The position numbers were made by a program, and so were the translations under genes. Shown here piece by piece: positions 55,262-64,000 of a stretch of 64,000 nt of DNA. The number at the start of each line of letters is the position of its first letter. Within the stretch, counting starts at the first letter, position 1. The stretch lies in NCBI GenBank assembly GCA_965112155.1, contig OZ218098.1, one strand, 5' to 3'. Below the pieces are notes generated by a model. It saw only the letters and a program-made list of their open reading frames with translations. It did no database searches and was not told the origin of the DNA. Source of the DNA: Podarcis liolepis. Its lineage: Eukaryota.

Positions 55262-55589
55262 CAGGGGTCAGCAAACTTACCGTGCCTCGGGCCAGTGTCT
55301 CCAGCGCTGATCAAGCGGGGGAGCGCGTGCACACATGCTATTTCCAGCGCACTTCCAGGTTGGAGGAGCACCGGAAATAGCTTGTGTGCATGTGCATGGG
55401 CCTCCTCCAACCTGGATGTGCTCTGGAAATAACGCGCATGCGCACAAGTTATTTCTGGTGCTCCAACCCGGAAGTGGGCAGCCACGCAGCACAGCGCCGG
55501 TAAGAGTGGGCAGCAGGGGTCACCGCGGGCCGGATAAACGAGTCCCTCAGGCCTTATCCAGCTCATGGGCCTTAGTTTGGGGACCCCTG
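55262..55589. mobile_element. hAT (Charlie-like) MITE in a SAXO4 intron
   Basis: CAGGGGTCAGCAAACT ... AGTTTGGGGACCCCTG with perfect 8-bp TSD AGATAGGA (55254-55261, 55590-55597). CpG-rich internal repeats suggest a young insertion. Confidence 0.88.
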
Positions 55590-55676
55590 AGATAGGAAAA
55601 TGGTACCTTAACAACAAGACATAGCCTGGGAGTGTTACTTCTCCCAACACAGGTGGCCAACCAGTGTCAAACTTAC

Positions 55677-55771
55677 TTGGAGTTATAGCTAGTCAGGAAT
55701 CTGTTGGGCAGATCTGGATCATGTGCAGGTGTCACATATTTAAGGTTATTGAGGCTGAATCCTGATGGTTC
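55677..55771 (-). CDS. SAXO4: SAXO4/PPP1R32 coding exon
   Basis: 95 nt, tatgcag acceptor, AA|GTAAGT donor. Encodes EPSGFSLNNLKYVTPAHDPDLPNRFLTSYNS(K); human has EPTGFSLNNP...RYLTTYNQ. Confidence 0.92.
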
Positions 55772-55881
55772 CTGCATAGAGAGGTCCATGAAAAGAGTAA
55801 GGGTCTAGTACCATAGGAGCAGAGCAAAGTGCCCAACAGATTATGAAGACGTAAGGCCTTAAGACTGTAGTTCAGGCATAC

Positions 55882-55998
55882 CTTCTGACCCACTTGTTCC
55901 CGACCTAGAAGATTGTTCTGTGTCTGAGGTTGATGCTGAAGCCCTTGGAACTGAGAGTGGCTCAGGGGACCTGGTGCCTCTACATCTGGTGGAACCGT
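55882..55998 (-). CDS. SAXO4: SAXO4/PPP1R32 coding exon
   Basis: 117 nt, ctccacag acceptor, AAG|GTATGC donor. Encodes TVPPDVEAPGPLSHSQFQGLQHQPQTQNNLLGREQVGQK. Confidence 0.9.
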
Positions 55999-56626
55999 CT
56001 GTGGAGATTGAAGGTCATGAGTGAAGGAACCATTGTGGGCAGTGGAGGCTGGTCCATTAAGGCCCCACCAACCTTGCCTGCCTCCTCACAGTCAGTCCAT
56101 GGGGAGGCAATGACTGTCAGCTTCTTCCTCCTTTGTCTCAGCTTGCCTGTCATTGGCTCTTGACTACCGCCTGCTGTTGGCCTCCTGGCCTTCCTCCCCA
56201 CCAATCCCAACATGGCCCAGCCACCACAGGTTGTAGGAGTTACTGAAGAAAGGGAGGCAACAAGGAAGACTGGGATCAAAATGAGGAAGGTTCTGTGAGT
56301 AAGATAGCCCACGGATGGTAGTAAGAGGAACAAGCAGAGACTCAGGAGAGGCTTCTGTTTGCGGACTCTGGCAGTGGAAGACAAATCCCAGAGAAAGCAA
56401 GAAAAGTGCCTAAAGAACAAAGGCAGGTAGAAAAATAGGTCACGGCAGGCAAAGATACATGAAAATGTAGATAAAAGGAAATAAGAGGTGCTGGCATGGA
56501 AAGAGTGGCAGAGACTTCTAGAGAGAGCAGTGAAGGGAGATTGTGTAAGTAGGGAAAGCAGTTGGCAGAGGGAATGTACTAAAGGAAGCAGGGCAGGTCT
56601 TCTGGTGATAAGGGAGTGTCACTTAC

Positions 56627-56707
56627 TGGGGTACGGCCAAGATTCTGCCGACTGAATCCAGATCCCCTCTCAGAACCCTTTGATAGGACTGGTAGGAACT
56701 CATCACC
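56627..56707 (-). CDS. SAXO4: SAXO4/PPP1R32 coding exon
   Basis: 81 nt, cccgacag acceptor, CCA|GTAAGT donor. Encodes GDEFLPVLSKGSERGSGFSRQNLGRTP; human has GDEFLPVLARGSKRETAFSR. Confidence 0.92.
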
Positions 56708-56875
56708 CTGTCGGGAGGGGGACATATTAACGGTGAGTACATCACATGCAAACAGCCAACAAAAGAAAATACAGGAAGGGGGAAATGGCACTTTTGCCTG
56801 CTGGCAAAGCACATCCCTTCAACTGTTTTTACAGGTCTCCACCACTAACAACCCTATTACAAATGGTCTCCTTAC

Positions 56876-56935
56876 ATGTGGAAAGGAAGATGGCAGATAA
56901 TCTGTCTTGGTAATGCTGACTCCTGGAGCGCTGCT
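56876..56935 (-). CDS. SAXO4: SAXO4/PPP1R32 coding exon
   Basis: 60 nt, ctgctttgcag acceptor, CAT|GTAAGG donor. Encodes SSAPGVSITKTDYLPSSFPH; human has PGQSVTKSDFLP. Confidence 0.88.
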
Positions 56936-57589
56936 CTGCAAAGCAGAAGACAAGTACTGAGACTCAGAGAGAGGAAAGTAGACAAGAGGAAGCACCGGTT
57001 CCATTACAGCTTCTACTTGGGAGCAGGCAAGCCTGTCTTAGGAGCAACTAGTTCAGCCTTCCAAGATACTGTGCTGGTTGGGACTCGTAGGAGTTTTTAT
57101 CCAAAGCACCTAGAAGGAACCAGGTTGGGAAGGGTTGAACTAGTGGTATTTTGTCCTTAATGGCATGGAATCATATTCCTGCTATAGTGAAACTGCAAGG
57201 ACCTATGGGCTGCACTTGAACATTCATGGCTAAATATACAGAAATATACTAGAAACTAGATTTGCTTTTGCCTTTAACCTCTCTTAAAAACAAAGTACCC
57301 ACAGACCAAGACTCAGGTACAGGAAAAGTGGGACCTGTAACAAAATATTGCAGGGTAGAATGCTCTTGTTCTGGGTTCTTACTAGCTAGTGATCCCCTTC
57401 TCCAGGAAACTTCATTCCATTCCTCCCACCCTCAACAGCAAGCATGCCATGCCCACTGAGCACGCACAGTCTTCTTGGTGCTTTTAGGTTTCTGGAAAAC
57501 CTGGAAGTTCTTCCAAGACTTCTAATACCTCTTTTTGGTATGTGCTTGGTGCCTTTTTGGCTACATAAGAATAGGCACTATCACATCAT

Positions 57590-57895
57590 ATGAATATATG
57601 AAGAGCCTTGCTGGTTCAGGTCAACAGCCCATCTAGTAGGACATCCTGTTCTCACAGTGGCCAACCAGGTGCCTGTGGGGAGCTCACAGGAAGGACATGA
57701 GTGCAACAGCACTCTTCCCACCAGTGATTTCCAGCAACAGCCATTCAGAGGCATACTGCCCCCAACAACGGAGGTAGAACAAAGCCATTGTGGTTAGTAG
57801 CCACTTATAGCCCCATCCTCTGTGAATTTGCCTAGCCTTTTAAAGCCATCCATGTTTGTGCCCATCGCTACTTCTCGTGGGGGCAAATGCCTTAG
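57590..57895 (-). mobile_element. CR1 LINE 3' end remnant
   Basis: agagccttgctggttcaggtcaacagcccatctag...ctgttctcacagtggccaaccaggtgcc...ttaaagccatcc is the reverse complement of a CR1 3' region. Related fragments lie at about 59740-59980 and 63750-64000. Confidence 0.65.
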
Positions 57896-58041
57896 TAAGT
57901 GAGGAGCACAGGGGTCAGGAGAGATCGATCCACTGTTCAAGCTAACAAGCAACTAGAGCAGAAGCACCATGTTCCACTGGGCTCTGCAGGTTAATGCTTA
58001 ATGTGACCCTCGGCAAGAACAGCAGCATATACAGAGTTTAC

Positions 58042-58139
58042 TGGAGAAACCTGAGATTTGTCCATAATGGGGTTTGCCAGGCAGCCTTCAGTAAAACCAG
58101 TCTCTTCTTTGGCTCCAATTGTTTTCTTCTGCAGGAAAT
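58042..58139 (-). CDS. SAXO4: SAXO4/PPP1R32 coding exon
   Basis: Poly-C tract + catacag acceptor. Encodes (D)FLQKKTIGAKEETGFTEGCLANPIMDKSQVSP; human has DFLQKKSIGAKEGSGFT. Donor CCA|GTAAAC; a weaker in-frame donor 9 nt earlier is possible. Confidence 0.9.
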
Positions 58140-59052
58140 CTGTATGGGGGGGGGGAGAAGAGAGATGAAGTGATAACATGAGGAAAAGGAGCACACTGAA
58201 AAAAGAAGGCAGAAGACTTCTGTAAATAGCAGTGGCGACATAACAGTACAAAAATTAGACAGCAAGCTGTTGGCTGAGGAAGGCAGAGGGCATGGATAAG
58301 ATAAGTGGTGAAAAGGTGAGAGCTGTATTTTACCCGGTATTTAGCTCCAAGCATAAAAAGGTGTGTCAAACTAATAATTCCACACTCTGACCTGCAGAAA
58401 CATATTTAGCAATTCCATCTCTCCAGAGAAGAACCCACATCTCCTTTTCCTGCATTATATTGCACTTTCCGACGGTGCTACCAGCCAGACCGCTGCACCA
58501 CATACATTCCTGCTCCTGTTCTTGTAAGTGTATGTTTTTCCTTGCCCATGTGGCCACAACTATTCCTTTTCCATGCATACAGCTTATGCATCACATCCAT
58601 GCAATAAAATTTGTTGCATAAAAGCTGAGTGGAATCCTTGATATTAGAAGCAAGTGGAGGGGGGGTGTCGGTCATTCACAGGTTCTACATGCCAATACTG
58701 TAATCACTGGGCTAATGGAGGTGACTAAGTGTTGTTTGTGACTGAAGGGGCAATTTCCCTTTGTGTAATCTTGCACTTTACCCATGTCAAAAGGGCTGTG
58801 CGCTGGTGCTGGCTGTGCTAGAAGATCTGATCCTATCTGAGGGAGCCCTACGGAATGTGGCTAAAGACGTGGCTGTGAATTACTTCCAGCCCACTACGCA
58901 GAGAGCCTTGCACATTATGTGTGGCAAAGCGGGTGGACTGGGTTCAGTGATGTTCCTGCTGTCACTGTATGTTGACTGCAGTTTTCTAAAGTCCAAGCAT
59001 TAGAAAGAAATGCTAATGTAGCAATTGTGGCAGCCACTCCCCCAAGCAACAC

Positions 59053-59388
59053 TGTTGATGGACTATGTCGAAATGGCAAAGATGACCGTGAAGATCAGAC
59101 ACCAAGATGATAAAAGAATTGGGGTGGGGGGAATTATAGAATATCTTAAAGACAACTGTAGATGCTTTAAAAAGTTAGCAGGATTGTTATAACACTTATA
59201 ATGTAATATGATTTAAGGTAAAAAAGGAGATAAAATGAAGTAGAAAAATGTAATTAGATGGGAAAAGGGGGGTCAGAAAGGGGGGGAGCCCGAGGGATCT
59301 AAGTAATCCCAGAAGCATAGAAAATTAAAATGATGTGAATGTATCAAAATATTGTTTAAAAGATGAAAATAAAATATTAAAAAAACAA
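59053..59388 (+). mobile_element. L1 LINE 3' end (ORF2 tail, 3' UTR, poly-A)
   Basis: LMDYVEMAKMTVKIR...IEYLKDNC...LAGL-type ORF2 end, a G-rich stretch, then aataaa and an A-rich tail. Confidence 0.7.
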
Positions 59389-59442
59389 ACACTGTAGGAT
59401 GGGAAGGGTAGGATCAATTATTATCATTACCATTACCATTAC

Positions 59443-59575
59443 CAGGGCTTTTTTCAGCTGGAACTCACAGGAACTGAGTTCCAGCACCTCTCAGGTGGAC
59501 ACCGTTGCCATTCTAAGAGAACAAGGGAGGTGCTCATGGTGAGTTCCAGTACCTCTTTCTAGAAAAATAGCGCTG
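59443..59575. mobile_element. Short hAT-like MITE
   Basis: CAGGGCTTTTTT ... AAAAATAGCGCTG ends with a degenerate 8-bp TSD (accattac/attattac). Second copy at 40222. Confidence 0.7.
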
Positions 59576-60269
59576 ATTATTACCCACCAGTCACTACGAC
59601 ATTTGCCAATGACACGCCCACACTACCCATGCATGAAAGGCAAGCTGCATGTAGACTGATGCCTTTCATGCATGGGTACCGTGGGAGCATCAGTGGTGAA
59701 TTTCATAGTGACTGGTGGGCAGTTGCAGCGTTGCTGTGGGATTGGGAGCCCTGCTGAATCAACCCAAAGGCCCATCTACTCCAGCATCTGTTTCTCACAG
59801 CAGCCAACCTCTGGAAAGCTCACAAACAGGACATGAGGGAAATAGCTTCCTCCTGCTGTTCCCTAGTGGCTGGCATTTAGAGACACACTTCCTTTGCTCC
59901 TGGAGGTAATATATAGCCTTCGTGAATATAGTAACCACTGAGAGCCTTATCGTCTGTTGAGAGTCTTATCCTCCATAGTTTATAATGACTCAATATATAA
60001 TCTCACAATACTCAGAAGAAAGTCATTTTGAATTCAGTGGGGCTTACTCCCAGGTTAGTGGAGTTGCAATTTCAGCTGTACTCTTGTCTCTAAAATGCAC
60101 ATACCTATATGATGAAGTAATCTAATGTAGCAAGTGATGATGACCACTATAGAAAATATGGTGATGCCTATATTTTGTCCCATATCAGAGGCAGTATGGC
60201 GCTGAATACCACTTACTGGGGATCACAAATGGGAGAGGGCTACTCATGATAGTTCAGCCAGTTGGACAG

Positions 60270-60372
60270 GTTTGTGGGTTCAAGCCCCATGTTGGGCAAA
60301 AGATTCCTGCATTGCAGGGGTTGGACTACATGATCCTCAGGGTCCCTTCCAACTCTGCAGTTCTATGTTCTG
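60270..60372 (+). mobile_element. SINE / CR1 3' tail
   Basis: gggttcaagcccc...gggttggactacatgatcctcagggtcccttccaactctgcagttctatgttct, the canonical CR1 3' terminus. Confidence 0.75.
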
Positions 60373-61732
60373 GCTGTGAGCTTCCCATTGGCATCTAGCA
60401 GGCTGTGCTAGAGTGGAAAGGGCTTTGGTCAGATTCAGCACAGCTGTTACAAAAATGAAAATCTGCAGCAGACTAGAAAGAAGGCCTCTGAACTGCAAAA
60501 TTCCAAAGCAAAAATCAGACGTGTACAGAAAAAACATTCTTTCAGAGAGCTGCATCGATTTTTCACTGCCACCTTCAATGTGAATTTATTTTCAGACATG
60601 AGAGTGATTTGTGCATTTATATCTTGCACATGAAATGTGACAAGCTGTCCCAAGAATTCCAAGTTAGATTTCCATTATAAAATCTCTAACCTCCACCCCC
60701 CAAGTTGCAGAAGATGACTTAAATGTCAACGTCCCCACAGGAACATTTTTAGAAAAAAAGGCAAAAAACAAATATCCCAATTTACATTTTAATCTAAAAA
60801 TTTCTGAAGACTGTGGGTGGCAATATTGATATGTGCCACCGTTAAAAAAAAAAAGAATTCAGCTGGGAGTTATTTGTGATTTGGATATAGTCCAGACTAC
60901 TGCTTTAACTTCCTAAATATGGATTTAAAAGAATTTTAAATTGAAAGAACACAGAGGTGAGAATGACATATTGCAGCATTACATAAATACAGAATAAGAA
61001 AACTGGACAAGAATATATCTCAGGATGCTACCTTTGTGAAAGTGGTACTATATTATATATGGTCTATTTTTAATAGTAAAGTAACAATTTAATGCAGATC
61101 TAAGAACACTTAATTTTCTAGTAGATGGTGACCAGCTTATATGAATCAAACTGAATCTGTTTCTCGTGTTCCCTTTTTGTTTAAAGACTGCCTATCTCCT
61201 GAAAACCATACTGTGCCTGGATACAAAATGAAATATCTAGACTGAACTTCTTAACAGAACCACGGACTTCAAGTATCCTTAGAGCAAGGATGGAGAACCT
61301 GTGGCCCTCCAGTTGTTAGACTCCAGCTCCCATCAGTCCCAGACAGAATAGCCAAAAGTCAGACTGATGTGAATTGTAGTCTGATGGCATCTGGAGGACC
61401 CCAGGTAAGTGTCTTGTTTACTTAGATGATACATGTGTGCTTAGTCTTGGGCATAACTCACCAGTCATTACATCTCTGAAAAATGTCACATAAGAAACAC
61501 AAGAAGCATTTATCACTTTGATGTGATGTTTAGCTGCCTAAATACCCCCTTCTAAACCAATGGTGGGGAACCTTTGGCCCTCCAAATGTTGTTGAATGAC
61601 AACTCCCATCATCCCTGACCACGATATTGGCAGGTTGATTGTTATGAAGAAGCAGACAGCTCCCTTTCTTATGAGTGGAGTATCAATATTGTGCATGAGG
61701 ATGAAGCTCTGTCAGCTATGAAGAATAATTAC

Positions 61733-61796
61733 CTGGTTGTCCTGGAATGTTGAAGCGGTACTTTGAGTTGTACTCCGTGGACATGTAGTGAGGTCC
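61733..61796 (-). CDS. SAXO4: SAXO4/PPP1R32 coding exon (most 5' exon found in window)
   Basis: 64 nt, tatttgcag acceptor, CAG|GTAATT donor. Encodes GPHYMSTEYNSKYRFNIPGQP(D); human has GPRFMTSEYNSKY. Contains an Mn-like S/T-x-Y-x-x-x-Y motif. No upstream exons were found, so they probably lie beyond the window. Confidence 0.9.
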
Positions 61797-62450
61797 CTGC
61801 AAATATGCAAACAGCAGTGGAGAGTAAGACCAAATGCCCCAGATGGAGTCTCCTACTTGCCCTGCCAGTAGGGTTTCCAATGCACTGTTCCACATCCATC
61901 CTGCTTCTCTGTTTAAGGGCAGACCAATTATTCCTGGGGTAACAGTTCTCAGCTTTCTGAAGTTATCTTGCTCTCTCCCATGACTTTATCATTTATTCTT
62001 TACTGATCCTTATGCCTGGAACTCCCACCTCTCTCACTTCCTGCAAACCCTTCCTCAAAGCCTGTGTTTTCTGGGAAGCATTTGGCACAACCCCCTGCTC
62101 CCCATACACTACTGTAACTAAGACTAAGTAGGCACAATTGGAATAATCTCATATTCTTCCCATGTTTTCCTGTAGCGCCATTTCCCTCCACATGGTCTAT
62201 TCTGCCCCCATATGTCAATTTCTACATTTTAAGCAGTGATGTAGGGAAACTGGGGGTACAAAACCTCACAGCCTCTTTCAGCCAATGAAGTACCATGGTA
62301 ATTGACACAATCCTTCTTGCTCTGATTCAAGCTTTACTACCATTTGTGACGGATTAGCATTGGAGAAGTCAGAGGATAAGGAAAATAATCAAGGGGAGAC
62401 TTTTCTTTGGTCGGGTTCCTATGCTGCCCTAGCAGTTTGAATAGCAAATG

Positions 62451-62476
62451 GTGTGTGTGTGTGTGTGTGTGTGTGT
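62451..62476. repeat. (GT)n microsatellite
   Basis: Tandem gt run. Confidence 0.9.
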
Positions 62477-64000
62477 TGTTTTTTGTTGTTGTTTGTTGTT
62501 TGTTTTTTGCATTTCTAATTAAAAGCTAAAGATTGCATTTACAAGTTGAACAGCGCTAGTGACCCACCCATCCTGCCACTGCCACTAGTGTAGAGGTTAT
62601 GGCAGCAACAGCAGCAGCGACAAGATCTTGTGCAGTCTCACAAAAATCAATTTCATGCAGTCTGCAATATCTCGCAAGAGCACCACAAGATCTCACCGGA
62701 ACCCACCACCACCTCTGATGCTTTGTGGGCACCACTGCACAACCTAAGTAAGAGAGGCTTTGACAGGGGATGTTTCAGTGACAGGGTGGCACCTTCCTGT
62801 TTCCCTTCAGGCAGCAAAACACCCCTAAATTCAACCTATGCAACCAGCATAAGAATTGCTGAGTTCAATGGAGCTTACTCCAGGTAACTGTGTGTCAGAT
62901 TGAAGTCATGCTATATGGCTGATCAGGGATGTGAACCCAGGTTTCACCAGCTAAATTCTAACATGTTAACCAATATGCCAGGTATCTTCAACCTTTTCAT
63001 TACCCAGGACGCCCTTTTAATCCAAACTTGCATTTGGGGATCCATTTCTTAAATCTCTAACATGTTTGCTTGGTAGTAGTGCTCCTGTTATGACCCACTT
63101 TTGATCAGGCCGTGCCCCATGAATGGGTCCCGACCCACCAGGTAAAGGACCAGTGTGCTATACCATCCCTTGTCAATTCACTGTTCTAGGACTGCATTTT
63201 ATTCTGTCACACTTTCCCCCCTCTCCCATACATACCACCTTAGGATGACATCACGCTTGTTCATAGTTCAATGATTGAAATGTTGAGTGATGACTTGTAG
63301 GTGTGAAACAACCTTCACAGATCAAAGAATGCAGACTAGAGCTTTCCTATTAGCTCACATCACCACAGACAATACTTTTCTATGGAGGCAATTCACACCT
63401 TCTGGTGCAAGTCATCAAGCAAGGAGACAGGCATATGTGAATCAAGCTTTAGATCAGGAGTGAAAATGAGGACTATGGGGATAAAATCGGATCACTTTCT
63501 ATATGGAAAGGTACTTGGTTTTGCAGTAACCCAGGGAAGTCAAGCTTTTCCTGCCAATACTTTCACTGTATGCTAAAATATTGGTTTTCAACAGGTTTGC
63601 TGTGAGCAGCAGTGCAAGCACAATTTTAAAAATATTTTCCCCCATTGCGGATTATGAGGACACGAGTAGGGAAAGTCATGCATAAAATGGAAACTCCCCT
63701 TTTATTTTACTGCATCTGGTGGTGGATATAAGAGCCAAACCTAGGACCCTGGATTCCACACTGGCCAACCAGATGCCTATGAGAAGCCCAACACCAGGGC
63801 CTGAGTGCAACAGCACTCTCTCTATTTGTATTTCCCAGGAAATGGTATTGAGAGGCATACTGTCTCTGATAACTGAGGTAGTACAAAGCCATCAGGACTG
63901 GTAGCAGCCATTAACAGCCTTATCCTCCATGGCTTTTTCTAATCTCCTTTTGAGGCTGTCCAATTTGGCAGTCGACACTACATCTTATACAGTAGGAGCA

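Noticed and set aside
62000-64000. Search for further upstream SAXO4 exons
   Set aside because: No translation resembling the expected upstream peptide was found; 63750-64000 is a CR1-like remnant.

Overview
Vertebrate genomic DNA, most likely a squamate (lizard), judging by the repeat content: CR1/L2/L1 LINE remnants, tRNA-derived SINEs, hAT and Tc1/pogo MITEs. There is one 128-nt assembly gap. Three protein-coding genes are recognisable, in the same order as human 11q12.2. (1) The last five coding exons of synaptotagmin-7 (SYT7, + strand, C2A and C2B domains, stop at 22891-22893). (2) The intronless leucine-rich-repeat gene LRRC10B (- strand, 46962-47846/47852) with a CpG-island promoter. 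(3) The last eight coding exons of SAXO4/PPP1R32 (- strand, 61796 down to the stop at 54617). All exon boundaries were read by hand as GT-AG with consistent phases. I found no evidence of a wholly new multi-gene system. The best leads are gene-regulatory: a candidate alternative terminal exon in the long last SYT7 intron that would truncate C2B; a uORF whose stop overlaps the first ATG of LRRC10B, beside a second ATG giving a myristoylation-consensus N-terminus; a consensus splice donor directly after the SAXO4 stop; a non-canonical REST/RE1 site; a domain-scrambled Ty1/copia remnant probably inside the SYT7 3' UTR; and two long intronic hairpins. Gene names come from my recall of the human proteins, not from a database search.
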